Positions 1 through 10,014 of a stretch of DNA of 64,000 bases are shown one piece after another (the stretch's first letter is position 1; each line of letters begins with the position of its first letter). The DNA is from Syntrophaceae bacterium UBA1411 (GTDB taxonomy: Bacteria > Desulfobacterota > Syntrophia > Syntrophales > Smithellaceae), in the NCBI GenBank assembly GCA_002304995.1, contig DBPV01000119.1, positions 1,429 to 65,428 of the forward strand, read 5' to 3'. The notes under the pieces are model-generated. The model was not told where the DNA came from. It made no database searches and worked only from the letters and a program-made list of their open reading frames with translations. The position numbers and the translations under genes are program-made.

Positions 1-24
1 TCACCACAGTCACAGGAGGAGGCC

Positions 25-474
25 ATGCAGTTCAGGATTGAAACCGTAAAAAAAAGGGCGACCGTGTCATTTCCGGACAACACGCAGATGAGCGGATATT
101 TTTTCGTCTCCACTGTCTCCGCGCTGGGCGGCGGCGAAGAACCGGTCGGCGAACTGCTCGCCAGAAAGCGCGAATACGTTCCATTTGAATCCGACGAGGG
201 GAAAACGGTTCTTTTGTGCAAGGAGAATCTGGTGGTCGTTGCGCTGGATGAAGAGGCGCCGGAAAGTGCTCTTCCCGGCTACAAGCGCGTTTCGGTGGTG
301 ATCCATCTGCTTTCGGGGCAGATGCTGAGCGGAAAGGTTTCCTTTGCCCTGCCGGAAACGCAGTCGCGTCTGTCCGATTTTCTCAATTCGCGCGACGCTT
401 TTTTCCGTCTGGAGAGCGAAGGCAAAACCTGCCTCATCCACAACCATTTTGTCAAACTGATCGCCGCGGAATGA
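25..474 (+). CDS. hypothetical protein (149 aa) with an internal two-fold duplication
   Basis: ATG at 25 is preceded by AGGAGGAGG (14-22). Third codon positions are GC-rich. I recognised no family. The two ~60-aa halves share the pattern SG..V...R..(D/E)(F/L)L......F.(F/L)ES.EGKT.L......V. Confidence 0.6.
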   Translation: MQFRIETVKKRATVSFPDNTQMSGYFFVSTVSALGGGEEPVGELLARKREYVPFESDEGKTVLLCKENLVVVALDEEAPESALPGYKRVSVVIHLLSGQMLSGKVSFALPETQSRLSDFLNSRDAFFRLESEGKTCLIHNHFVKLIAAE

Positions 475-525
475 ACGTTTCCGGCCGGCATCCGGCGGGG
501 AGCGGGGAATGGGAAAGCAGAAGGC

Positions 526-3453
526 TCAGTCTTCCATGGCTTCGGCCACTTTGGCGGCCAGCGATTTGATCGTGAAAGGTTTCTGTAAAAAGAGCACGCC
601 TTTTTCGACGACGCCCTGGCGGGCGATGACGTCGCTCGGGTAGCCGGACATGAACATCACCCGGACATCCGGCCGGATTTCAAGAATCCTGTCCCTCAGT
701 TCTTTTCCGCTCATTTGCGGCATGACGACGTCCGTCATGACCAGATCGATTTCCCGGTTCCGGTTCCGGCACAGCCCGATCGCCTCTTCCGGACTCGCAG
801 CCGCCGTGACTTCGTAGCCGATGGACTCGAGCATGTTTCGGGTGATCTGGAGCACCATCGCGTCATCCTCGACCAGCAGAATTCTTCCTGCGCCCCCGGG
901 CTGCGCTTCTTCTTCCTCCCGGGCTGCGGAGATCTCTTCTGCTTTCGGCGCGCTCGGCAGATGGATTGTAAAGGCCGATCCTTGCCCCGGTTTGCTTTCA
1001 ACATGAATATGCCCGTCGTTTTGCCTGACGATGCCGTAGACGGTGGCCAGTCCGAGGCCGGTTCCCTTGCCCACCTCTTTCGTGGTAAAAAATGGTTCGA
1101 AGATGTGCGGAAGCGTTTCGGGATCTATTCCCGCGCCCTTGTCGCAAAACAGCATCCGGACATAACGGCCGGGCTGCAAACCGGGATAGTCGGGGCAGTA
1201 GGAGTCGTCTGCGAATACGTTGGCGGTTTCAATGGTCAGGCTGCCTCCCTCCGGCATGGCATCGCGGGCGTTGACCGCGAGGTTGATGAGGATCTGTTCA
1301 ATCTGGGACGGATCGAAGCGGATCGGCCACAGATTCCGGGTCCGGATCAGCTGAAGGTCGATGTCTTCGCCGATGAGGCGGATCAGCGCTTTTTCCGTTT
1401 GCGCCACCAGATCGTTGAGGTCGAGAATCCGGGGAATGATGATCTGCTTGCGGGAGAAGGCCAGCAATTGCGCCGTGAGGTCGCGGGAGCGGACAGCGGC
1501 TTTTTCGATCTCCACGATGTCCTGCCGGACGGGGTGCTGTTTGCCCAGCCGTAGTTTCACCAGATCCACATACCCCAGAATCACACTGAGCATGTTGTTG
1601 AAATCGTGCGCCACGCCCCCGGCCAGGCGTCCGACGATTTCCATTTTCTGGGCTTGCATCAACTGGGCCTGCAGTCTGTTTCTCTCCGCTTCGGCCTTTT
1701 TGCGCTCCGTGATGTCGCGGCCGGCAAGCAGCATGCCGACGGCGTTGCCGTTCGCGTCCCGGATGAAAGTTCCCGTGACCTCCATCCAGACGGTGCCGCC
1801 GTTTTTACGGTACAGCTCCTGTTCGACGGTTCTTGTCCGATGCGGGTCGGCCGACGGTGCGCTTTGCTCCAGTGCCAGTTCCTCCAGAACGATGCGGGAG
1901 GTTTCCTCCAGCGTTTCCGGCGTCATTATCCGATCCAGGGGCATCTCCATAAGTTCCGCCGGCGTAAAGCCGGTTGCGTGAATGCAGGAAGGGCTTGTGT
2001 AGGTGAGGCGCATGTTCAGATCCGCCGTCCAGATGACTTCGCGGACGTTTTCCACGATCATCCGGTAGCGGCGTTCGCTTTCGGCCAGCGCTTTTTCCAT
2101 AGTCCGGCGCTCGGTAATGTTTCTGCCGACGGCCAGAATCTCGACCGCCCGGCCGCCGGCGTCGCGGTTGAACGTGGCGACGACGTCGAGCCAGATATTT
2201 TCACCTGTTCGCGAATACACTTCCAGCTGCAGATTCCGGGAACGGTTCGCATCGACGGTTTCTCCCGATGTTTCCCGCTCCAGTTCCTCGGCGAGGACCC
2301 GCGCGGCCAGTTGCAGGGAGGCAGGCGCGACCAGTTCGGAAAGCGGCATGCGCACAACTTCGTCCGGATCATAACCGGTCAGGCGGATGTTTGAAGGGCT
2401 GGCATAGGTAATGCGCAGATTCAGGTCCAGAACCCACACGATGTCGTTGACGTTTTCCGTCATGGTCCGGTAGCGTTTTTCTCTTTCCCTGATTTCTCCT
2501 TCCGCCTTTTTGCGTTCGGTGATGTCCCGGAACAGTACCCGGAAACCGGAGGGATTGCCGGTTGCATCGGTGTTCGGTGCGATATTCATTTCATAGGTGA
2601 TGACCGTTTGATTGGGTCGGACCAGATCGTAATCGACAAGCCGCCGCGATTTCCGGCTGCGGTAAACTTCGGAAAAAACATTCTTCATTTTCTTTGCGAC
2701 CGGTTCGGTGAGATATTCGCGGTAATGCATGCCGATCAGCTGCCCGCGCGAATAGCCCATCAGGCGGCAGGCGGCGTCATTGACGAAGGTGATCCTTCCG
2801 GTCAGGTCGCTTTCGATGTAGCCCTCGTTCATGATGTCCAGAATGGTTCGGTATTGCTCTTCACTTCGCTGAAGATCCTGCTGGTATTGAATGCGCTGCG
2901 AGATGTCCCGGACCACGCCCCGGAAGCCGATGGGGTGGCCGTCCTCCGCGCGCAGCAGGGAAACGGAGGCTTCCACCATAATTTTGCTTTTGTCCTTCCG
3001 GAGCACCTCCCAGTCGAAGCCTTTAACCGGCCGGCCGGTCAGAAAAACCCGGTGGAAAGTTTCGTGAAGCTTCGCGGCGTTTCGTTCATCCGCGAGCGCG
3101 CGAAATCCGATGCCCTGAATTTCGTCCGGCGTATAGCCCAGATCCTGGCAGAGGGTTTTGTTGAAAAAGAGGAGATTTCCCCGGAGGTCGACTTCAAAAT
3201 AGGATTCCTGGATGTTGTCGATGATGTGGTGGTGGCGTTTGACCTCTTTGCCGACGCGGTCCATTCTGTCCCGGGTTTTTTGCACAAGGTCGTTGACGGC
3301 CGCGGCAATCCGTCCGAGATCGTCGTCCGGAAATCCGGCGGCGATGTGTTTCGTGTAATCTCCGTCGGCGGCTCCGGCCAGTGTTTCCAAAATTTCTTTG
3401 ATCAGGTCGCTTTTTTGTCTGGACGCCATTTTTTTCTTCACCCGCTTTGCCAA
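526..3453 (-). CDS. hybrid sensor histidine kinase (multiple PAS domains, HisKA, HATPase_c, C-terminal receiver)
   Basis: Repeated PAS-like blocks, each followed by 'RDITERK'-type ends. H-box [17 protein letters not shown]. ATPase G-boxes DKGAGI and [13 protein letters not shown]. Receiver domain ILLVEDD...[10 protein letters not shown]...SGY...KPF. The start is ambiguous: TTG at 3453 or ATG at 3429. Confidence 0.9.
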   Translation of the reverse strand: MAKRVKKKMASRQKSDLIKEILETLAGAADGDYTKHIAAGFPDDDLGRIAAAVNDLVQKTRDRMDRVGKEVKRHHHIIDNIQESYFEVDLRGNLLFFNKTLCQDLGYTPDEIQGIGFRALADERNAAKLHETFHRVFLTGRPVKGFDWEVLRKDKSKIMVEASVSLLRAEDGHPIGFRGVVRDISQRIQYQQDLQRSEEQYRTILDIMNEGYIESDLTGRITFVNDAACRLMGYSRGQLIGMHYREYLTEPVAKKMKNVFSEVYRSRKSRRLVDYDLVRPNQTVITYEMNIAPNTDATGNPSGFRVLFRDITERKKAEGEIREREKRYRTMTENVNDIVWVLDLNLRITYASPSNIRLTGYDPDEVVRMPLSELVAPASLQLAARVLAEELERETSGETVDANRSRNLQLEVYSRTGENIWLDVVATFNRDAGGRAVEILAVGRNITERRTMEKALAESERRYRMIVENVREVIWTADLNMRLTYTSPSCIHATGFTPAELMEMPLDRIMTPETLEETSRIVLEELALEQSAPSADPHRTRTVEQELYRKNGGTVWMEVTGTFIRDANGNAVGMLLAGRDITERKKAEAERNRLQAQLMQAQKMEIVGRLAGGVAHDFNNMLSVILGYVDLVKLRLGKQHPVRQDIVEIEKAAVRSRDLTAQLLAFSRKQIIIPRILDLNDLVAQTEKALIRLIGEDIDLQLIRTRNLWPIRFDPSQIEQILINLAVNARDAMPEGGSLTIETANVFADDSYCPDYPGLQPGRYVRMLFCDKGAGIDPETLPHIFEPFFTTKEVGKGTGLGLATVYGIVRQNDGHIHVESKPGQGSAFTIHLPSAPKAEEISAAREEEEAQPGGAGRILLVEDDAMVLQITRNMLESIGYEVTAAASPEEAIGLCRNRNREIDLVMTDVVMPQMSGKELRDRILEIRPDVRVMFMSGYPSDVIARQGVVEKGVLFLQKPFTIKSLAAKVAEAMED

Positions 3454-3594
3454 CCTACCCGATTTGCATTATCCGAGGCAAGCTTTTAATCCGGATGGGA
3501 TATCGGTCGTTCGGGCGCAGAACCTGAATCGTGGATTGCATCGGCCGCCCGGGTGTGGTAAGGCTCCCGCTTTACAAATCGACAGGAGAGGGAC

Positions 3595-5883
3595 ATGGAC
3601 ACGACTCGACACGAAAAAATCGCCGGAGAACTCCAGATTACAGCCCGGCAGGTCGCGGAGACAGCCGCGCTTCTGGCCGAAGGGGCGACCGTGCCCTTTA
3701 TCGCCCGCTACCGCAAGGAAAAGACGGGCCTGCTCGATGAAGTCGCCGTCACAGCCATCCGCGACCGGCTGGCCGAACTCGAAGAGCTGGAGAACCGCCG
3801 GGCGGCTGTCGTGAACTCGCTTACCCTGCGCAATCTTCTGACGCCGGAACTCGCCTCGGCCATCGAAGGGGCAAAGACGCTTTCCGCCCTGGAGGATATC
3901 TACCTGCCGTTTCGCCCCAAGCGCCGCACGCGGGCGACCGTCGCGCGCGAAAAAGGACTGGAGCCTCTGGCCGCAAAGCTCTTTGCCCAGGAGGACTTCG
4001 ATCCCTCATCCGAGGCGGCCGGTTTTGTCGGCGAAGACAAAGGCGTGGCATCGGTTGACGACGCGCTGGCCGGGGCGCGCGATATTATTGCCGAATGGGT
4101 GAACGAACATGCGGACGCACGGGCGAAGATGCGCGATCTCTTTTGGAATAAGGGGACGATCCGTTCCAGAGTCCTGCCGGACAAGAGTGAGGCGGGCGTC
4201 AAATACCGGGATTACTACGATTGGGAAGAGCCGGTGGCGACAGCGCCCTCGCACCGTGTGCTGGCCATGCGCCGCGGCGAACGCGAGGAGTTTCTGAGTC
4301 TCGCGATTCTGCCGCCAGAAGACGAGGCCATCGCCATCCTGGAAGCAATGTTTATCCGGGCGGCAAACCAGGCGGCGGCCCAGGTCCGTCTGGCGGTGCG
4401 CGACGGCTACAAGCGCCTCCTTTCGCTGTCCATGGAAACGGAAACCCGCCTGGAGGCGCGCCGGAGGGCGGACGAAACCGCCATCCGCGTGTTTGCCGAT
4501 AACCTGCGCCAGCTTCTCCTGGCGCCGCCGGCGGGAGAAAAGGCTGTTTTGGCAATCGATCCCGGCTTTCGCACCGGCTGCAAGACCGTCTGCCTGGACC
4601 GCCAGGGCAAACTGCTCCACCATGAGACCATCTTTCCGTTTATGTCGGATGCGGCGCGCGGGCAAGCCGGACAAAGCATCAGGGCCTCGTGCGAGAAGTT
4701 CGGCATCGAGGCGATTGCCGTCGGCAACGGCACGGCCGGCCGGGAAACGGAGGCCTTTTTGCGGACGCTGGATTTGCCGCGGCAAATCGCCGTGGTCATG
4801 GTCAATGAAAGCGGCGCTTCCGTTTATTCCGCATCGGAGGCGGCGCGGGAGGAATTTCCCGATTGCGACATCACCGTGCGCGGGGCCGTCTCCATCGGCC
4901 GGCGGCTGATGGACCCGCTCGCGGAGCTGGTGAAGATTGATCCGAAGGCCATCGGCGTGGGACAGTACCAGCACGACGTCGATCAGGGGCTTCTGCAGCA
5001 GTGCCTCGACGATGTCGTGACAAGCTGCGTCAACGCCGTGGGCGTCGAGGTGAATACGGCGAGCGTTCAGCTTCTTTCCTACGTGTCCGGCCTGGGGCCG
5101 GCGCTCGCGCAGAACATCGTCCGGCACCGCGATGAAAGCGGTCCTTTCCCGTCGCGCGAGGCGCTTAAAAACGTCAAACGTCTGGGCGCGAAAGCCTTCG
5201 AGCAGGCCGCCGGTTTCCTGAGAATTCGCGGCAGCGCCAATCCGCTCGACGGCAGCGCCGTACATCCGGAAAGCTATGCGATCGTTGAAAAAATGGCCGC
5301 CGACCAGGGCTGCTCGGTCGCAGACCTGATGGCCCAGGAAGCCAGAAGAAGCCGGATTCGCCTTGCCGACTATGTGACGGACGCGATCGGTCTGCCCACG
5401 TTAAAAGACATTCTGGCAGAACTGGCCAAGCCCGGCCGCGATCCCCGCGAGCAGTTTGAAAATGTTGTTTTTGCCGAAGGCATCGACAAGATCACCGACC
5501 TGGTTCCCGGGATGAAACTTGCCGGCGTTGTCACCAACATCACGGCTTTCGGGGCTTTTGTCGATATCGGCGTTCATCAGGACGGCCTGGTGCATCTGAG
5601 CGAAATGGCCGACCGCTATGTCAGGACGCCGTCCGAGGCCGCGAAGGTCGGCCAGAAAGTCGAGGTGACCGTCCTGGCGGTGGACATCGACCGTAAAAGG
5701 ATATCCCTGTCCCTTAAAAAAACGCCGGGCGACAAGAAAGCTCCATCAGCGCAAGGAACGCCTGTGGCCGGCACGTCGAAAACACAACCGTCGCGGCGGG
5801 AAAAACAAAAGGACCTTCGTCCGGGACGGCAAAAGCCGCAGCCCTTTAACAATCCTTTTGCCGAACTGTTGAAACGCAAATGA
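3595..5883 (+). CDS. tex: Tex-like transcription accessory protein (YqgF/HHH/S1 domains)
   Basis: N-terminal motif TVPFIARYRKEKTG. RuvC/YqgF-like block VLAIDPGFRTGCK. C-terminal S1 domain GMKLAGVVTNITAFGAFVDIGVHQDGLVHLSEM. SD GGAGAGGG lies before the ATG. Confidence 0.92.
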   Translation: MDTTRHEKIAGELQITARQVAETAALLAEGATVPFIARYRKEKTGLLDEVAVTAIRDRLAELEELENRRAAVVNSLTLRNLLTPELASAIEGAKTLSALEDIYLPFRPKRRTRATVAREKGLEPLAAKLFAQEDFDPSSEAAGFVGEDKGVASVDDALAGARDIIAEWVNEHADARAKMRDLFWNKGTIRSRVLPDKSEAGVKYRDYYDWEEPVATAPSHRVLAMRRGEREEFLSLAILPPEDEAIAILEAMFIRAANQAAAQVRLAVRDGYKRLLSLSMETETRLEARRRADETAIRVFADNLRQLLLAPPAGEKAVLAIDPGFRTGCKTVCLDRQGKLLHHETIFPFMSDAARGQAGQSIRASCEKFGIEAIAVGNGTAGRETEAFLRTLDLPRQIAVVMVNESGASVYSASEAAREEFPDCDITVRGAVSIGRRLMDPLAELVKIDPKAIGVGQYQHDVDQGLLQQCLDDVVTSCVNAVGVEVNTASVQLLSYVSGLGPALAQNIVRHRDESGPFPSREALKNVKRLGAKAFEQAAGFLRIRGSANPLDGSAVHPESYAIVEKMAADQGCSVADLMAQEARRSRIRLADYVTDAIGLPTLKDILAELAKPGRDPREQFENVVFAEGIDKITDLVPGMKLAGVVTNITAFGAFVDIGVHQDGLVHLSEMADRYVRTPSEAAKVGQKVEVTVLAVDIDRKRISLSLKKTPGDKKAPSAQGTPVAGTSKTQPSRREKQKDLRPGRQKPQPFNNPFAELLKRK

Positions 5884-6047
5884 ATTCTGCAAACTGTCTC
5901 ACCAATGAATCAGCTGCTTGATTCGTTTTGATACGTTTTGCTACATGAGTGAAACAAAAATATCCGGCCCATGGTCAACTCTCTGGATGGATTAAATAAT
6001 CTATATTAATATTAAATATTTATATGATTGTTTGCCGGTTTGTAAAT

Positions 6048-6063
6048 TGGCATGGCTGATGCA
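6048..6063 (+). promoter_or_regulatory. candidate sigma-54 (-24/-12) promoter upstream of the substrate-binding protein gene
   Basis: TGGCATGGCTGATGCA. GG (6049-50) and GC (6061-62) are spaced exactly as in the consensus TGGCACG-N4-TTGCW. An AT-rich tract (about 5990-6040) lies immediately upstream. Confidence 0.55.
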
Positions 6064-6361
6064 ATAGCATTAACAACTTTCCACTCAGCGGTTCTTGGGC
6101 CTATCCCCCCCTTCCGCCACGGCCGCAACCGTGGCGGGAACCGCGTGGGCGGACCGTTGATAACCGATTTACCTCAGATGACGAAGCCGCCAACGAGAAG
6201 TTCAATGCGATCACTTCCGCCTGGGCTTTTCGCTCAGAAGAGACGAAACAATCTTTCGAATATTTAACGCGCCTCCGGCCGTTTTCCTGTCGCGTAATTG
6301 AGGGCCGGCGCGTTCCAGGATATTTTGTCGTTCATAAAAAAAACGAAAGACGAGGTGGCAG

Positions 6362-7600
6362 ATGAAGAAAAAAATGTGGAGTGTTCTGGCTTTATTGGTG
6401 TTTGTCGCGTGGGCGTCCGCGGCCGCGGCGGAAGAAGTGGTGATCGGCTACAGCGGACCGCTCAGCGGACCGGCCGCCGAGTACGCTCAGGACAATGTCA
6501 ACGGCATCGACCTGGCCATTCGGGAAATCAACGACGCGGGCGGAATTCTGCTCAAGGGGAAAAAATACACCTTTCGTCTCCACAAGCTCGACGACCGGGC
6601 GGGTATGGCTGAAGCGGTTGCCAACGCCCGCAAGTTTCTCAAACAGGACAAAACACCCGTCATCTTCAACTCCTCGGCCACCACCATCGGCGCCTTGCTG
6701 AAGATCAATGAGATTCCGGGCAGCGAGTTCCTGGTCGTCGGTTACTCCAGCGTTCACACCTTCCACACCCCGGGCAGCAAACTCCTCATCAATCCCACGC
6801 CGGATTACCTCTCCTATATGGAAATGGCGGCTGATGTCGCCTGGAAGCAGGGGTACCGCAATGGAGCCATGGTCGTGACGCTGGGCGCTTACGGCGATGC
6901 CTGGCGGAAAAATTTCCGTCTCGTCTGGGAGAAAAAAGGAGGCAGAATTCTGGCGGACTGTCCGATCAACTACTACACGGAAACGGACTTTACCGCCCAG
7001 TTGATTTCGGCCCTGGTCACCAGGCCGGATTTCCTGCTTATCGGCGGCCCTTCAGCGACCACCGCGCTGGCGGTTGAACAGGCCAGAAGCATGGGGTTCA
7101 AGGGCGGTTTCGTTTTGATCGATCAGGCCCGCATGGATTACATCGCCGGCGTGCTGAAGAATATGACGCTGATGGAGGGAACGATCGGCATTGCCAATAT
7201 CGCCGACCTGCCGCTGCCGGCCACCCCGGATTTTGCGCGGAAATACCGGGAACTTTACAAAAAAGAAGCCACGTGGGAATCGGCGCTCAATTACATCACC
7301 ATGCATATCATCGCCCAGGCCATGACGCTTGCCGGCACCGGAAGCGATCCATACGCCATCCGCGCCGCAGTAGGAAAGGCGCTTCCCGTATTAGGGGACA
7401 GGTATCCCAGCGAACTGTTTCGCATTGATGAAAACGGCGTGATTTCCTCTCCGGGAGTGATCCAGAGCGTGGCGAACGGTAAATTCAGCCCCGTTTACTA
7501 CACGCTGTCCTTCCCGAAGACAAGGGCGGAATTTCTGAAATACAAAAAGATGAGCAAAACCAAAGATCCGGAAAACTGCCTCTGGATGCCCTTGCCCTAG
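6362..7600 (+). CDS. periplasmic substrate-binding protein, Leu/Ile/Val-binding (Peripla_BP_6-like) family; no adjacent permease or ATPase genes
   Basis: Signal peptide MKKKMWSVLALLVFVAWASAAAAE. VVIGYSGPLSGPAAEYAQDNVNGIDLAIREINDAGGI is typical of LivJ/K-type type-I SBPs. SD GAGGTGG. Confidence 0.85.
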   Translation: MKKKMWSVLALLVFVAWASAAAAEEVVIGYSGPLSGPAAEYAQDNVNGIDLAIREINDAGGILLKGKKYTFRLHKLDDRAGMAEAVANARKFLKQDKTPVIFNSSATTIGALLKINEIPGSEFLVVGYSSVHTFHTPGSKLLINPTPDYLSYMEMAADVAWKQGYRNGAMVVTLGAYGDAWRKNFRLVWEKKGGRILADCPINYYTETDFTAQLISALVTRPDFLLIGGPSATTALAVEQARSMGFKGGFVLIDQARMDYIAGVLKNMTLMEGTIGIANIADLPLPATPDFARKYRELYKKEATWESALNYITMHIIAQAMTLAGTGSDPYAIRAAVGKALPVLGDRYPSELFRIDENGVISSPGVIQSVANGKFSPVYYTLSFPKTRAEFLKYKKMSKTKDPENCLWMPLP

Positions 7601-7629
7601 GACGGGCGGTTTTTTCAAGACGCAGCCTT

Positions 7630-9198
7630 TCAGCCGGGCGGCGCTTTGGGGGGCGTGTTTCTTCCGAACGGAATGCCCAGCTTTTTCATTTTTTTACGCA
7701 GCGTCGACGGATGGATCTCCAGCAGGCGGGCGGCGCCGTTCGGGCCTTCGATTTTTCCGCCGGCTGCCTCGAGGGCCTTCAGGATATGGCGGGAAATCGC
7801 CGAGTTCAAAGAACCGGCGGCGCCGGACGGCTCCCGGGAGACGGCAACGGTTTGCGGACCGGGGCCGATCAGGTTTGCAAACGACAGAGGCTGTCCGCGG
7901 TGGACGATCAACTCGCGCTCGACCGCATTTTGCAGTTCCCGGACATTTCCCGGCCACGGGTAGCCGGTGAGCAGGTTCAGGGCGCCGGGCGCCAGGGACG
8001 GAATATGCGCGAGCGACATTTCTTTGGCCTTCTGGTGGATGAAGTAGTGGACGAAGGCGGGAATGTCCGCGATCCGGTCGCGCAGCGGGGGGATGGAAAT
8101 GGGAAAAACCCGGATGCGGAAATAAAGGTCTTCGCGAAACCTTCCGTCGGCGATCATCGCCTCGAGGTTGCGGTGCGTCGCGGCAATCACCCGGACATCG
8201 ACAGTAAGGGTTTGCGAGCCTCCGACTCTTTCATATTCCTTTTCCTGGAGAATCCGCAAAAGGCGGGTTTGCGCTCCCTGGGGGAGATCGCCGATCTCGT
8301 CGAGAAAAATCGTTCCCCGGTGCGCCCGCTCGAAGCGGCCCCTTTTTTGGGCGACCGCGCCGGTGAAGGCCCCCTTTTCGTGGCCGAACAACTCGCTGTC
8401 CACCAGCGTTTCCGGGATGGCGCCGCAGTTCACCTTGATGAACGGACCGCCGCGTCTGGGCGACCATCTGTGGATGGCGTTGGCGATCACTTCTTTGCCC
8501 ACTCCCGTTTCTCCCAGCAGCAGAACCGGACTGGACAGGGGCGCCACCTGCCGCACCATGTCCATAACGGTCTTCAGGCCGAAGCTGTCGCCGATGATTT
8601 CTTCGCCGATTTGCTTTCGCATCTCTTCGCTTAAATACCTGTTTTCCTCCTCCAGAAGGTCTCTCAGCCGGGAGATTTCCCTGAACCGTGAGTAGTTGCT
8701 GATGGCGATGGCGAAAGGCTCGTTCAACAGCTCCAGAAGGCGGACATGATCTTCAGAGTATGGCTGGCCGGCGCGGTTCGTGAGAATGACCGCGCCGAGC
8801 GTCTGGTGAGTGAGTTTCGGAAACAAGACCAGCGCGCCCGAGTCCTGAATGCCCAGGGTCGCCGAGACGTGAAGGCCGGTGATGTGGTCCCGCATTCGGG
8901 CCACCGTGTAGATGTATGGGTTTTTTTCCGCCCGCGTCAGCACTTCGGCGAAAAAAGAACGGGCCTGTTCCGGCAGGATGGTTTTTGCGAAAATGACCTG
9001 GCCGCCCGAGTCGTCGGCCCTGGCAATCGTTTCGACGATCCCCAGGTCCAGGTCGAAAATGTTCAGGAACATTTTGTCGAGCGGGAAAGTTTCCCGAAGA
9101 AAGAGGAAGCACTGCCGCAGAGCAACGTCAATATCGAGGCTGCCGCATATTCTTAAAGTCGCTTCATGAAAAAATTTTTGATCGTCCATCGTCATCAT
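7630..9198 (-). CDS. sigma-54-dependent transcriptional activator (GAF sensor + AAA+ + Fis-type HTH)
   Basis: Walker A GETGVGKE. Sigma-54 contact loop GAFTGA (HEKGAFTGAV). R-finger region. C-terminal HTH AARLLEIHPSTLRKKMKKLGI. The N-terminal ~170 aa are GAF-like. Confidence 0.92.
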   Translation of the reverse strand: MMTMDDQKFFHEATLRICGSLDIDVALRQCFLFLRETFPLDKMFLNIFDLDLGIVETIARADDSGGQVIFAKTILPEQARSFFAEVLTRAEKNPYIYTVARMRDHITGLHVSATLGIQDSGALVLFPKLTHQTLGAVILTNRAGQPYSEDHVRLLELLNEPFAIAISNYSRFREISRLRDLLEEENRYLSEEMRKQIGEEIIGDSFGLKTVMDMVRQVAPLSSPVLLLGETGVGKEVIANAIHRWSPRRGGPFIKVNCGAIPETLVDSELFGHEKGAFTGAVAQKRGRFERAHRGTIFLDEIGDLPQGAQTRLLRILQEKEYERVGGSQTLTVDVRVIAATHRNLEAMIADGRFREDLYFRIRVFPISIPPLRDRIADIPAFVHYFIHQKAKEMSLAHIPSLAPGALNLLTGYPWPGNVRELQNAVERELIVHRGQPLSFANLIGPGPQTVAVSREPSGAAGSLNSAISRHILKALEAAGGKIEGPNGAARLLEIHPSTLRKKMKKLGIPFGRNTPPKAPPG

Positions 9199-9255
9199 TA
9201 TCTTCCTTTCTGTTCTATGGGGTAGATTACCAATAAACCGTCGTATTTTCCAGAA

Positions 9256-9281
9256 ATTATCTGCACTATCGTGCAGATAAT
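9256..9281. promoter_or_regulatory. perfect 11-bp inverted repeat (candidate EBP enhancer/UAS or autoregulatory operator)
   Basis: ATTATCTGCAC-TATC-GTGCAGATAAT. It lies between the EBP start codon (9198, minus strand) and the sigma-54 promoter at 9326. Confidence 0.5.
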
Positions 9282-9325
9282 AGGCGGGTATGTTCTAAGT
9301 AACCGATTATTGACGGTAATTATTT

Positions 9326-9341
9326 TGGCACGCAAGACGCA
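9326..9341 (+). promoter_or_regulatory. candidate sigma-54 (-24/-12) promoter, divergent from the EBP gene
   Basis: TGGCACGCAAGACGCA. It matches TGGCACG-N4-nnGCA with the canonical 12-nt GG-to-GC spacing. Only the TT of TTGC is replaced. Confidence 0.55.
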
Positions 9342-9746
9342 TTAGTAATGACCGAACAACGGACATGCTCTTTGATGCAGTCGGAGAAACAGGAAAGGAG
9401 GTGGACCAATACTTTACGGAAATATTTGAAAATAGGAATATTTCCAAGTATCAGCGGCAGAATCGTCTCTTCAATGCGTTTCCAGGTTGAAGAAACAAAA
9501 TCTCAGCAATCCGATAAAGTGTTTAAGGAGGTGTTTAAAGATATAAAAGTGAATAAAATTATGATATTTGGAAGCAAGTGGGGCTGTCAGGAAATGTAAT
9601 TGGTCATTGACGCAACCGGAAAAAATCCCCCTGTCCTATAGGCCGGGCGTCATTGCCAGTTTAACGGAGCTTACTAAAGAGACAGTCCAAAAGATTCAGG
9701 ATAATTTACAGTGGTCAACAGGCTGACGTTGACTGAAGATTTTCCG

Positions 9747-9786
9747 TCTGTTCCCGAAAGCGCGGTTTTCTGCTTTCGGGAACAGA
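9747..9786. other. perfect 15-bp stem hairpin (10-nt loop) with no U-tract
   Basis: TCTGTTCCCGAAAGC-gcggttttct-GCTTTCGGGAACAGA. It sits at the end of the low-GC tract downstream of the 9326 promoter. Confidence 0.4.
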
Positions 9787-10014
9787 CCATTGGCTTTCAA
9801 CCTTCTTTTAATCGGAGGCCTCGTCGGAGAGATTGAAAACCGGCGAAGCGCGCTTAGGATTTATTGCAGGCGCTTCCGCCGGGAGGAGTGGCTGCCTTTT
9901 TGTCAGACAAGAAAAGGCGATACGCTGTCCGCCCTGCCAATGCGATCCCCCATCGGGTAGCGTCCAAACTTTTCTGAAAATTTCTCCGACGGGCCCTGAA
10001 GAAAAGAAGTTCAC

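Noticed and set aside
9348-9599. 83-aa ORF in the low-GC tract downstream of the sigma-54 promoter
   Set aside because: Its ATG lies at or upstream of the predicted TSS (about 9352) and has no SD. Its codon usage is AT-rich, unlike all confident genes, and I see no family resemblance. I kept it only as a possibility under the regulatory-RNA/micro-ORF finding.
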